Positions 1-9,494 are shown, counted from the stretch's first letter. The stretch: 64,000 nucleotides of DNA from a virus (IMGVR_UViG_3300032365_000024:1-64000), one strand, 5' to 3'. Notes: generated by a model from the letters alone, not told the origin. Translations and numbers: made by a program.

Positions 1-183
1 AGCTGTTATTAAATTACACTGTCCACATGACTTAGTATGATCAGATGTAACTTTATATATTTGTATTGATTTTTCTTTTCCACAATCACATATCCATTCA
101 ACTTTCTTATGAGATCCAGATATGATATCCTGTGGAGTCTTAATTCGTAATTTACCAAACCTATCTGTATTAAATACAATCAT
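1..183 (-). CDS. 5' part of a third 60-aa Cys4-repeat protein (runs off the window start; missing from the ORF track)
   Basis: Reverse complement of 1-183 reads MIVFNTDRFGKLRIKTPQDIISGSHKKVEWICDCGKEKSIQIYKVTSDHTKSCGQCNLITA with no stop; it closely matches the repeats of 4504..5781 and 7089..7943. Confidence 0.85.
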   Translation of the reverse strand, partial: MIVFNTDRFGKLRIKTPQDIISGSHKKVEWICDCGKEKSIQIYKVTSDHTKSCGQCNLITA

Positions 184-249
184 ATATCTAATAATACATC
201 AATATTAAATATATGGATAAATAAAGTAGTTAAATCCGGTATAAAGACT

Positions 250-738
250 CTATAAGAGATATGGTGTAACCCCATCATCAAGTGTAATAGCTGCACCAAT
301 ACCAACAGGAAGACCAATTCGAGCACCACCGGGTTGGAAAGCAGCAGAACGAATCTTCGACATAATACCATACACAAATGACAATAAAACTTGTCCCGTT
401 TCCACAAGTCTTGGAGCTACAAGGGCTTGGAAATCAGCAATACATGCCGCCTTCAAAGTTGGCGCAAGTGCTATAATACCTGCCAAATTTCCAAGAGTTG
501 TAGATGATACATCCACAGTAACCGTAGTCGGATAAATGGCAAGCTTTAATGTTACTAATGGCAACGTTATTAATGTAATACCATATTTTGTTAAAATAGC
601 AATAAGAGCGGCATCGGTCGGTTTCTTAAAATATCTACTTTGTCCAATAGGTTCACTGGAGAAATTTCGTTGAGATGTGTTTTCAACGTCGGAGAGGTAA
701 AGATTCCCGATGTCTGATCGAACTATTGCAACGCGCAT
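250..738 (-). CDS. Putative virion structural protein (162 aa; start moved to ATG 738)
   Basis: AGGAG Shine-Dalgarno 7 nt before ATG 738 (MRVAIVRSDIG); N-terminus resembles 2744..3292 and 11897..12334; function inferred from context only. Confidence 0.5.
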   Translation of the reverse strand: MRVAIVRSDIGNLYLSDVENTSQRNFSSEPIGQSRYFKKPTDAALIAILTKYGITLITLPLVTLKLAIYPTTVTVDVSSTTLGNLAGIIALAPTLKAACIADFQALVAPRLVETGQVLLSFVYGIMSKIRSAAFQPGGARIGLPVGIGAAITLDDGVTPYLL

Positions 739-779
739 GTAAACTCTCCTGTTATTTAACACCCAAAGTCACAAAGAGT

Positions 780-2720
780 TCAAAAAACTTTAATCCACAT
801 AAATTTTGGTAATTCCTCAACTTTATGTAATCCGATCGATAACGCAAATTCTGATTCTTTCATTTTAACCGAACATGCTAGATCCCACAATGTTTTCTTA
901 TGTATCATTTTACAGGTTTTTGGATCAAAATAATGATATGAACATTTAGTATTTTTTAGTTGCTTCCATCCGGAATACTTATATATAGATCCAGTGTCAC
1001 CTACAGATGAATCAGCAAAACTAATTATAGCTCTTGTTTCTGGAAAATCTATTTTATATAAACTAACAAAATTTCGTATAGCAAATGATGCCATACGCTT
1101 CGCATTCACATTAGGACGAATACAAAATCTACGAAGCTCTTTGAGTTGTTTAGAACCAAATGATTGTTTTATTTCAGTGCTTACTTTTTTAAAAGTATTT
1201 TGTCTAGTGGTTCCACCAAATGTCGCTACACAAACAAGAATATTATTAATAAATCCACCATAGCATACAGAAATTGATCCAAGATTACCAAGATAGTGAT
1301 ATTGTGATAAAAATGAATGCGCGTCAGAATCATTTATACGTTTAAAAGACAAATCTTTAAGATATGGAATCTCAATAATAGATTCTGTCTCTCCTAAGAT
1401 ATGATATCCAAGAATCTTATTAATACGACCGATATGAAGTTCATGTTCCCAAATCCAAACTAAATGGTAATTAGTATTATTTTCGATAAAACTTGCTTTT
1501 GCTCTATCCTTCGGAGTTCCAGAATATCCATTTTTCTTAAAATCATGAAAATAATCTCCCTGACATTCGATAAGTAAATTTGCAGATGGTACATAAAAAT
1601 CAAATGTATATATACGATCATCAATAATCGGTACAGAATAATTTCTAATATATTTAACTTTAAATTTATCCCTAAGAATTGATTCTACAATTCTTTCAGT
1701 AAGTGGGTTACTTAATTTATCCTGAACTGACGGAATTTCTAGAACTGATGCAACACCATACTTATTAAATATCGTTTCTTTATTCTTTTTATATTTACAC
1801 AGTTTACACGTCTTCTTATACCCTCGTCTCACAAAATAATTAAATACTGTTTTAGTTGGGGCCTTACAAAAGCAACAAGGAACAATTATTGATTTGTGCG
1901 ATCCAGAACTAAGATCATTTGGAGTATATCCAAATGATTGAAAAGTTTGATCTGCATAAACGAGTTGTTGATCAATACTCTTATTTTTATCAAGCCAAAA
2001 TTCATGTTTATCTTGTACTAAATTCTGTGCAAAAAATGCGGCAGCTGTACCAGCGCATTTACCGCATATTATAGATTTTCGATCGTAATTTATATATTTT
2101 ATCAATTTATTAAATTTCTTCTGACAAAAATCACAAATAACTTCTATCTGTTTATCAGATCCAGGTGATGAAATAGATATATTTATCATATTAATTTTTC
2201 TACAACGTTCCTCATTCACAAAATTAAAATATTCATGTTTATCTAGTATTAAATTTTGTTTACTAAATGCTGCAGCTATTGGTGAACAATTGAAACAACA
2301 TGAATATTTCTCATTAGAGTGAAAAGATATTAATGTTGTTTCAAATTTAGATTTACAAAATTCACAAATAGCAACAATGTTTTTGCTGGTTTTTGCAAAA
2401 ATATTTGGTATATATCCAAATCGATTTTTTGTTTCATCAATATCAATAAATTGAACAGGTGTACTACGTTTCTTACTCAACCAAAATTTATGTTTATCAA
2501 CTTCATAATTTTGATGTAAAAATGCACGAGATACTCCGGTACATTTAATACAAGATACTGATCTTTTATTCCTATATAAATTTAAAAGTCGTACACTAAA
2601 TGAATTTTTACAAAATTCACAAATAGCAATACATAATTTATGAGATCCAAAACTTAATTCATCTGGTGAATATCCAAACCTCTCTTTCGTAAGCTCATAA
2701 CTTATAGCATTATGAATCAT
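780..2720 (-). CDS. Zinc-ribbon repeats + Vsr/DUF559-like PD-(D/E)xK endonuclease + C-terminal Mom-like GNAT domain
   Basis: Four CxxC..CxxC units (e.g. FGYSPDELSFGSHK..ICEFCK); nuclease motif FDFYVPSANLLIECQGDYFH..WIWEHE; GNAT-like motifs FLSQYHYLG, ELRRFC, IISFADSSVGDTGSIYKYSGW. Confidence 0.75.
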   Translation of the reverse strand: MIHNAISYELTKERFGYSPDELSFGSHKLCIAICEFCKNSFSVRLLNLYRNKRSVSCIKCTGVSRAFLHQNYEVDKHKFWLSKKRSTPVQFIDIDETKNRFGYIPNIFAKTSKNIVAICEFCKSKFETTLISFHSNEKYSCCFNCSPIAAAFSKQNLILDKHEYFNFVNEERCRKINMINISISSPGSDKQIEVICDFCQKKFNKLIKYINYDRKSIICGKCAGTAAAFFAQNLVQDKHEFWLDKNKSIDQQLVYADQTFQSFGYTPNDLSSGSHKSIIVPCCFCKAPTKTVFNYFVRRGYKKTCKLCKYKKNKETIFNKYGVASVLEIPSVQDKLSNPLTERIVESILRDKFKVKYIRNYSVPIIDDRIYTFDFYVPSANLLIECQGDYFHDFKKNGYSGTPKDRAKASFIENNTNYHLVWIWEHELHIGRINKILGYHILGETESIIEIPYLKDLSFKRINDSDAHSFLSQYHYLGNLGSISVCYGGFINNILVCVATFGGTTRQNTFKKVSTEIKQSFGSKQLKELRRFCIRPNVNAKRMASFAIRNFVSLYKIDFPETRAIISFADSSVGDTGSIYKYSGWKQLKNTKCSYHYFDPKTCKMIHKKTLWDLACSVKMKESEFALSIGLHKVEELPKFMWIKVF

Positions 2721-2743
2721 GAATCATAATACATTCATATTCA

Positions 2744-3292
2744 TTATAATATTCGTGTGTTTGAAAATTTAGAATTTGCTTTAAGCTTAACTGTCCATCC
2801 TGCACCTGGAGTTCCAATAGTAACAACTGCATCTGGAATTACAATAGCAATATTGGTAAATGTAGTAAATGCTGAGGATGGAATAGTTTGAGAAATGCCC
2901 GTAAGATTTGTTAAAATTGCATAAGTAACATCAGGAGATACTGACGTAAAGACTGTCCCACCTAAAGTTGTATCGGTCGCAGCATGAGACGCTGAAGTCA
3001 AAGCAGGAGCAGCAACCGTAGTGGAAGCAATACGAGCTGAGGTTACATATCCCTTTTTAACAAGACCGGCAATAGTTCCGTTATCCAATGAAAGAAGAAC
3101 CTGGTCGGTTGGAACCAAATCAATATATCCTTTTACGGAAACATCCGAAGGATTAACATACGGTACATATATCTTCTGCTTCGGATTTTGTGCAGTATGT
3201 TCAAAATTCCCCTGAGATCTATCGATCTTATCAATGAGAATTGAACGAACAAGTCGCTGCTGATTGACGACACGAACATACTGAACCGTCAT
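2744..3292 (-). CDS. Putative virion structural protein, Thr/Ala-rich beta C-terminus
   Basis: 182-aa ORF with GGAG SD; N-terminal module aligns with 11897..12334 (PTDQVLLSLDNGTIAGLVKKGYVT vs DTSEVLRSAHYGDIKKFRDKNYIT). Confidence 0.5.
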   Translation of the reverse strand: MTVQYVRVVNQQRLVRSILIDKIDRSQGNFEHTAQNPKQKIYVPYVNPSDVSVKGYIDLVPTDQVLLSLDNGTIAGLVKKGYVTSARIASTTVAAPALTSASHAATDTTLGGTVFTSVSPDVTYAILTNLTGISQTIPSSAFTTFTNIAIVIPDAVVTIGTPGAGWTVKLKANSKFSNTRIL

Positions 3293-3327
3293 GGGTGTCT
3301 CCTAAAATTTAATAGTTAATTAAAACG

Positions 3328-3963
3328 TCAGCAGATGGCCTCGTTCCGAAGAGTAAAATCTGCACTAATCTTGGTAGACGCGTTTAATCCTCTAAGAAAA
3401 ACTTGACTAAATGTTGTATGAGTTGATATAAACATAGTATGTGATGTTGATAAAGGAGATATTCTAAATTCCGATCCTGTGGCTTCAAATGCTATATATA
3501 AATCTACTCCTCCATCATTTTGAATAACAGGATTAAAACATTGTTGTGGAAGATTTAATTCAAGTGATCCTGATATACTAGCAGCTGGCGGGACTGTCCC
3601 ATTCAGTATTACTGCACGTTTAGGTTCTGTACTATATGGAAGAATTAAATGAATAGATTCATCTGCGCCAACTACACCGTTAAAATTAATTGGTGCTATA
3701 CGCATCCATATCGGTTTTAAATCATCAATATGAAAATCAATAGGACTGAAAGTGATACGAGTCTTATCACGATATTGACTCATATCAAATCTATTATTTA
3801 CAACAGATTTCGATTTATACCCGGTAGCTGGGACATTCGCAAATGTCCCAAAAACCGCATCAAAATTTGATGCAGCTTTCAGTATATATGATTTTACTCC
3901 ATACCTAACAGGCCAATACATATCTACTAGCCCAAGGCGCCGAGTCGTAGAAATTGTTCGCAT
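3328..3963 (-). CDS. Hypothetical protein, possibly beta-rich virion protein
   Basis: 211-aa ORF in co-directional run; no recognisable motif. Confidence 0.45.
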   Translation of the reverse strand: MRTISTTRRLGLVDMYWPVRYGVKSYILKAASNFDAVFGTFANVPATGYKSKSVVNNRFDMSQYRDKTRITFSPIDFHIDDLKPIWMRIAPINFNGVVGADESIHLILPYSTEPKRAVILNGTVPPAASISGSLELNLPQQCFNPVIQNDGGVDLYIAFEATGSEFRISPLSTSHTMFISTHTTFSQVFLRGLNASTKISADFTLRNEAIC

Positions 3964-4001
3964 CTCTAATAAAAAGGAATAGAAGGGCTAGGTAAAAATT
4001 A

Positions 4002-4436
4002 TTATCGATAAACTTTAATAGACTTATCCGCAGCTTTCTCTTTTTGAACCCTATCCTCAAATGTTTTTGCTGCCCCAGGTCCACGTTCCTTCAATATTTG
4101 ATTTTGAGCTTCAGCCCAACTACCAGTCTCTTTTAAAGATCCATTAATAACAGCATTTGGTGTTATTTGTTTTCCTTCCCCATATCTATCACGTTGACGT
4201 CGAGCGGCTGCCTCCGATGCTTTTTCTCGCTGTTTCTTTATACGTTCACCTTTAGAAGGCCACGACCCAGATGGACCATCGCGTAAAACAATATTTGGAA
4301 TACTTGGAATCCATTCATAATTACATATACTACCACATTTATCACAAATTGGATGATTTTCTTTAAATCCATTTATTGAATGATCTTCCTCTTGAAGATT
4401 ATCACAAACAGTGCACCTATACCCATAAATTGGCAT
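4002..4436 (-). CDS. FmdB-family zinc-ribbon protein
   Basis: N-terminus MPIYGYRCTVC..HPICDKCG matches the MPIYEYxCxxC..CPxCG pattern, followed by a GSW-containing segment. Confidence 0.7.
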   Translation of the reverse strand: MPIYGYRCTVCDNLQEEDHSINGFKENHPICDKCGSICNYEWIPSIPNIVLRDGPSGSWPSKGERIKKQREKASEAAARRQRDRYGEGKQITPNAVINGSLKETGSWAEAQNQILKERGPGAAKTFEDRVQKEKAADKSIKVYR

Positions 4437-4503
4437 ATTCTACCTTACAGTGTAAATTAATTAGTCTTTTTTAAATTAATTAAAAAGAAAATTAATTTAA
4501 AGT

Positions 4504-5781
4504 ATGAACAGTATAATCACTACAAATGAAATAGCTATTAAAAAATTTGGAAAATTACGAATTGAAATTCCTCAAAATATAACATTTGGATCAAATAAGA
4601 AAGTCATTTGGATATGTGATTGCGGAAGAAAAACAACCACAAAAATAAATCTTGTTTTATCCGGTCAGTCTACATCATGTGGACAATGTAGTCAAATTAC
4701 TGCAAATAAAATAATTTCTAAAAAATTTGGAAAATTACGAATTAAAATACCACAAGATATTTTTCCATGTTCCAACAAGAAAGTAGAATGGATATGTGAT
4801 TGTGGAAAAGAAAAATTAATTCAAATAGATAACGTTATTTCAGGTAACACTACTTCTTGTGGACAGTGTAATCAGATTTCTGCTACAAATATTGCTATGA
4901 AAAAATTTGGTAAGTTAAGAATTAAAATTCCGCAAGATATTCTTCCAGGATCTCATAAGAAAATTGAATGGATTTGTGATTGCGGAAGAGAAATAAATTC
5001 AAAAATAAATCATGTTTTATCAAATAGATCAATGTCATGTGGGCAATGCAATTTAATATGCGCTAATGAAATAATTACTAGAAAATTTGGTAAATTGCAA
5101 ATTAAGAATCCGCAGGATATTTTTCCTAGATCTGAAAAGAAAATATGGTGGGTATGTAATTGCGGACAAGAAAAATTAATTAAAATAACTGATGTAGTAT
5201 GTGGAAATACTAAATCATGTGGTCAATGTAGTAAATTAATTAAAAATTGGTATATTCAGAATAGAGAACAAATTCGTTCTTTAAAATGTCCAATAAAACC
5301 AAAAGACTTTATTCTTGGTAAAATAACTCCGCTTGAAACAATAAAAAATGTTAATAATCCGTTCAAAGCTATCTGTCCAGCATGTAAATCTATTTACTAT
5401 CCAAGATTGAGTGATATTAAACGAGGCTTATCACTTACCTGCGGATGCTCAACTCATCGTATTTCAATGCCATGTACAGAAATTACTGAATATATTAAAT
5501 CTCTTGGGTGTGAAACAATTAATGAATTTAAAGTAAATAAACTGGCTTATGATATATTTGTCCCACAGAAGAATCTACTTATTGAATTTCAAGGTTCTAA
5601 GTGGCATTCATTTGAAAAAGTAAAAGAAAGGGACTTGAAAAAGAAACAAAATGCTATTCAAATGGGGTATCAATTTATGGAAATATTAGAGAAAGACTGG
5701 AAAACTAATAAAGTTGAAATTGAAAATATTATAAAAAATTATTTAAAATACTATTTCACTTGTTGTTCTTCATCACTATAA
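4504..5781 (+). CDS. Free-standing endonuclease: 4 x 60-aa Cys4 repeats + extra CxxC + Vsr/DUF559-like nuclease
   Basis: Repeats KKFGKLRIxxPQDIxxGSxKKxxWICDCG..SCGQC; C-terminal YDIFVPQKNLLIEFQGSKWH..EILEKDW; oriented against the surrounding genes. Confidence 0.8.
   Translation: MNSIITTNEIAIKKFGKLRIEIPQNITFGSNKKVIWICDCGRKTTTKINLVLSGQSTSCGQCSQITANKIISKKFGKLRIKIPQDIFPCSNKKVEWICDCGKEKLIQIDNVISGNTTSCGQCNQISATNIAMKKFGKLRIKIPQDILPGSHKKIEWICDCGREINSKINHVLSNRSMSCGQCNLICANEIITRKFGKLQIKNPQDIFPRSEKKIWWVCNCGQEKLIKITDVVCGNTKSCGQCSKLIKNWYIQNREQIRSLKCPIKPKDFILGKITPLETIKNVNNPFKAICPACKSIYYPRLSDIKRGLSLTCGCSTHRISMPCTEITEYIKSLGCETINEFKVNKLAYDIFVPQKNLLIEFQGSKWHSFEKVKERDLKKKQNAIQMGYQFMEILEKDWKTNKVEIENIIKNYLKYYFTCCSSSL
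4540..5229 (+). repeat. Four tandem ~180-nt coding repeats (60-aa Cys4 units)
   Basis: Repeated DNA words such as aaatttggtaa, tggatatgtgattg(c/t)gga, tcatgtggacaatg spaced 180 nt apart. Confidence 0.9.
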
Positions 5782-7052
5782 TCATATGTAACTTCAGGCT
5801 CTTCTTCTTCTTCAGAAGGCTCTTCTTCCTCTTCAGAAGGCTCTTCTTCAACATACTCTTCAGATTTATCTTCTCTTTTTTCAAGAGGAGGTCCTTCAGC
5901 ATATTCATTTTTGTCATAATCAAATAAAATATCTTCGCCCTCTGGACCTTCAATATAAATAGGAACTTCGTCGTAATCGTAAACTTGTTCTTGTTCCTGC
6001 TCTTCTGAAGATTCTCCGGTTTCTTCCTCAGTAGGTTCTTCAAAATTTATATCAATATCAATTTCTTCTGCTTTTTCAAGCGGTATTTGAACTGTCCCCT
6101 CTAAACGATCCCATTCTTTATCCACTTCTTCCAGTAGATCTGAATCGTCCATCTCCCAATTTTCATCAATAACTTCTTGAATAAAATGATCAAGACGTTT
6201 TAAAACTGCATATGCATGTTTACAAAGCCAATATTGACGTTCAGGATCTCGAACATCTGGTGGTGTAGCTCTTCCATATGGCTGACCAAGCATAAATTTA
6301 TTTGTTTTTGCATTAAACTCTGGTCCATTATAACGCCAAAATGGACAATCACATGATAAAGCTACATCATCAATATCAGATAAAGCTGCACGTACAGTTT
6401 TAGCACCATTTCCTGCATCTACTGAAAATGTAAATATACGCGTTTTTTTATCATATGAAACTAATGAAACAGTGCAAGCATGTGCATTTTTCTTAATTTT
6501 ATCAGGAGTATGTGGAATAACTATTTCAGGCTTAAGTGCCAACTTCATAATCATAACAGGATATGATTTTATTGATGAATGACGAACAGGAGATTCGTCT
6601 GTTCTATATGGATATTTTTGATATTGAGTTATATCAACATCTTCCATGAATGTTGTTTCTGTTGGAACCTGAATATTTTCATCATAATTATATTCTTGAT
6701 GATGTGTTATTTCATCAGCACAATCTATATCAAAAATAGATCCTGGATCCGAAGATGGAATTGTTGGCTGATTATCATCATAAACAAAAGTTTTGGTTCC
6801 AAATAATTCTGCATCTTCAGTATCACCACCAGTCGGTATAGCTCCATCTGCATAATGCATAGATGCGACACGCGAAGCAATTTCTACGGATGTTGTTGCA
6901 GTTTCAAGCTTAATAGGAATAAGGAAAAGTGGTTTCAAATTATCAGGAATAGCCGCCGCAAATGATATTATATCATGATATATATCTTGACATTTGTAAG
7001 CATAAAGAGCGGATTCAGATAAGATAAAACCATCCGGAATTAAATCATTCAT
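5751..7052 (-). CDS. SWIM-type zinc-finger protein with very acidic termini
   Basis: LSCDCPFW..YWLCKHAYAV fits CxCx(n)CxH; C-terminal EEEPSEEEEEPSEEEEEPE repeat. Confidence 0.6.
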   Translation of the reverse strand: MNDLIPDGFILSESALYAYKCQDIYHDIISFAAAIPDNLKPLFLIPIKLETATTSVEIASRVASMHYADGAIPTGGDTEDAELFGTKTFVYDDNQPTIPSSDPGSIFDIDCADEITHHQEYNYDENIQVPTETTFMEDVDITQYQKYPYRTDESPVRHSSIKSYPVMIMKLALKPEIVIPHTPDKIKKNAHACTVSLVSYDKKTRIFTFSVDAGNGAKTVRAALSDIDDVALSCDCPFWRYNGPEFNAKTNKFMLGQPYGRATPPDVRDPERQYWLCKHAYAVLKRLDHFIQEVIDENWEMDDSDLLEEVDKEWDRLEGTVQIPLEKAEEIDIDINFEEPTEEETGESSEEQEQEQVYDYDEVPIYIEGPEGEDILFDYDKNEYAEGPPLEKREDKSEEYVEEEPSEEEEEPSEEEEEPEVTYDYSDEEQQVK

Positions 7053-7088
7053 TTATTCTAAATATCATAATAAAAATGTATTTTATAT

Positions 7089-7943
7089 ATGATATTTTTA
7101 GCTAAAAATATCGCTACTAAAAAGTTTGGTAAATTACGAATTAAGACTCCACAGGATATTACATCTGGATCTCATAAGAAAGTTGAATGGATATGTGATT
7201 GTGGAAAAGAAAAATCAATACAAATAAAATTAGTTTTATCAGGTAATACTAAGTCATGTGGACAATGTAATTTAATAACAGCTTCAGAAATTATTACTAA
7301 AAAATTTGGTAAACTACAAATTAAGACACCACAAGATATTAAACCTGGATCTTATAAAAAGATCACTTGGATATGCAACTGCGGACGAGAAAAACTAATA
7401 CCGATACACATAGTTTTATCAGGTGATACTAAATCGTGTGGACAATGTAATCAAATTTCTGCTAAAGAAATTGCTACCAGGAAATTTGGTAAATTACGAA
7501 TTAAAATACCACAGGATATAACATCAGGATCTGCTAAGAAAATTAAATGGATATGCGATTGCGGACGAGAAAAACTAATTCAAATAAGTTGTGTACTATC
7601 GAATCAAACAACATCATGTGGACAATGTAATCTCATTTCTGCCGCAGAAATTGCTATTAAAAAATTTGGTAAATTACGAATTAAAACTCCTCAAGATATT
7701 CTTCCTGGATCCAATAAGAAAATTTGGTGGATTTGTGACTGTGGAAAAGAAAAATTAATATCGATATGTTATGTTATATATGGTGAATCTACTTCTTGTG
7801 GACATTGTAGTGAATTAGTCAAAAATTGGTATATTCAAAATAGAGAACATATTCGTTCGTTAAAATGTCCAATAGAACCAAAAGATTTTATCCCAGGAGG
7901 AATAATTCCATTAGAAACAATAAATAGATCTCATATATTATAG
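7089..7943 (+). CDS. Repeat-only derivative of the Cys4-repeat endonuclease (nuclease domain deleted)
   Basis: Four 60-aa repeats and linker KNWYIQNREHIRSLKCPI match 4504..5781; stops at ETINRSHIL*. Confidence 0.8.
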   Translation: MIFLAKNIATKKFGKLRIKTPQDITSGSHKKVEWICDCGKEKSIQIKLVLSGNTKSCGQCNLITASEIITKKFGKLQIKTPQDIKPGSYKKITWICNCGREKLIPIHIVLSGDTKSCGQCNQISAKEIATRKFGKLRIKIPQDITSGSAKKIKWICDCGREKLIQISCVLSNQTTSCGQCNLISAAEIAIKKFGKLRIKTPQDILPGSNKKIWWICDCGKEKLISICYVIYGESTSCGHCSELVKNWYIQNREHIRSLKCPIEPKDFIPGGIIPLETINRSHIL

Positions 7944-7995
7944 AAATATTAGAAAAAGACTGGATAAACAATAAATCTGAAATTGAAAATAATAT
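7941..7995 (+). pseudogene. Out-of-frame relic of the endonuclease C-terminal tail
   Basis: gaaatattagaaaaagactgg..gaaattgaaaat encodes EILEKDW..EIEN, matching the end of 4504..5781 (from 5680). Confidence 0.8.
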
Positions 7996-8005
7996 GAAAT
8001 TAAAA

Positions 8006-8401
8006 TTATTCATCATATGAAAAAACTTTATTATCATCTAAAGTTTCCCATTTTTCTTCAAATTTACTAGTTCGTCGTGGAATTTGAAGACGAACATCTT
8101 CTAATACACGTTCAAGAGCATCAACTTTTTCCGGACGTAAAACTTGACGCATCTCTTCATAATCTATTTTATTAACTGCCATTCCTGCAGCTTGTAAAGC
8201 ACGCTCGAGTTTTAAAATAATATTTGGAATAGCATAAATAATATCTCCAGCAACAGCATATAAATGATCTTTTTGTGGACTTCCATTAATAATTTCAAGT
8301 CCACGTACAATATATCCTTTCAATTGATCGCAACGTAAACGTGCGTCAGAAAGTTCCTCTTGAATATATATCGTTGCTCCAGCAGTCTTATAATGCATCA
8401 T
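8006..8401 (-). CDS. Hypothetical alpha-helical protein (candidate virion protein)
   Basis: 131-aa ORF; N-terminal HYKTA-G resembles the motif enriched in head genes. Confidence 0.5.
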   Translation of the reverse strand: MMHYKTAGATIYIQEELSDARLRCDQLKGYIVRGLEIINGSPQKDHLYAVAGDIIYAIPNIILKLERALQAAGMAVNKIDYEEMRQVLRPEKVDALERVLEDVRLQIPRRTSKFEEKWETLDDNKVFSYDE

Positions 8402-8464
8402 TATATATTAAAAATCATCAAAAACTTCTCGGCCCGAGATAGTCTCAGACCAAATATATTAATA

Positions 8465-9472
8465 TTAGCTCTTAAATTGTTTCGGAAATTCCTTTTGTAA
8501 TACCTTTCTCATTTGATCACCTTCAGCTGCATATAATGCTTCCAAGAATCTAGGTGATGCACCATGTTCATTAACACAAGCAAGTCGTTCAGAGAGTTTT
8601 CCTGAAAAAGACCAGTCCGAGGGAAAGTCTGGATCGAAAGCTCTTGCAATACGAACCCTCGGATCAATTTTAGCATCAATTTTGATATTGGGTGTAGATC
8701 TTGCCGAACGATTACTCGTATCTAATACCTGAATACCTTCAGTACTAGCAGACGCAGTATGACGAACTTTTCCAACAACTTTTCCTTCAGAAAAATTAAT
8801 CATTTCCTCTTGATTACCAACAGTTGTCTTAATAGAAACACCTTCACGCTCAATCACATTTTTATTTGGAATAAATCCAGATCCTTCAAGTTCTTCAAGA
8901 CGTTGTTTCACTTCTTTTGCTTCTTTAGAATATATATCAGTTGTAAGTTGTGCAGGTGTACGGACACGCCCAATTTCTACACCTTCCTGATCTTCAACGT
9001 CATTTACAATACTCATATTACCAGAAGTTCGACGATTATCTTGAGCAGTCATAATTTTAGGCTTAGCTGAATCTAAAGGAACATTAAGAACCTTATGACC
9101 AGTACTCTGTTGACGCCGATCAGAAACATTCATGACGGTTTCTTCATCCATGTTATCAGTATCTATGTGACCCTGGACACGTTGAACGCGTCCTAAATCA
9201 CGATTAATTGATTGAGCTATTGCCCTATTTCGAACCGGAACAATTCTATTTGGACGAGAATTATCATTTGGATCATCAGTTATCCATCCACTCATAATAG
9301 CACTACGTAGTTGTAATGTATTTATTTCGGTACCACCATATTTAAGTATAGTACCATCATATTGAAGTTCATCACCTTCAGCGATCTGAATATCATCTTT
9401 ACCGCCTATGTGCATTTTCATCTTCGCATAATATGTTTTAAACTCGCCGCGCTTCCATGTCTGTGTTTGCAT
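8465..9472 (-). CDS. Hypothetical protein
   Basis: 335-aa ORF with TAAGGAG SD. Confidence 0.55.
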   Translation of the reverse strand: MQTQTWKRGEFKTYYAKMKMHIGGKDDIQIAEGDELQYDGTILKYGGTEINTLQLRSAIMSGWITDDPNDNSRPNRIVPVRNRAIAQSINRDLGRVQRVQGHIDTDNMDEETVMNVSDRRQQSTGHKVLNVPLDSAKPKIMTAQDNRRTSGNMSIVNDVEDQEGVEIGRVRTPAQLTTDIYSKEAKEVKQRLEELEGSGFIPNKNVIEREGVSIKTTVGNQEEMINFSEGKVVGKVRHTASASTEGIQVLDTSNRSARSTPNIKIDAKIDPRVRIARAFDPDFPSDWSFSGKLSERLACVNEHGASPRFLEALYAAEGDQMRKVLQKEFPKQFKS

Positions 9473-9494
9473 GATGCAACTCCTTATTGCATCA
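9472..9494 (-). promoter_or_regulatory. 8-bp hairpin with the Shine-Dalgarno in its loop, stem reaching the start codon
   Basis: Minus strand TGATGCAA-TAAGGAG-TTGCATCA, where the last A is the A of ATG at 9472. Confidence 0.5.

Noticed and set aside
4540-7830. Regular 180-nt repeats as a CRISPR array
   Set aside because: They are in-frame coding repeats with no repeat-spacer alternation
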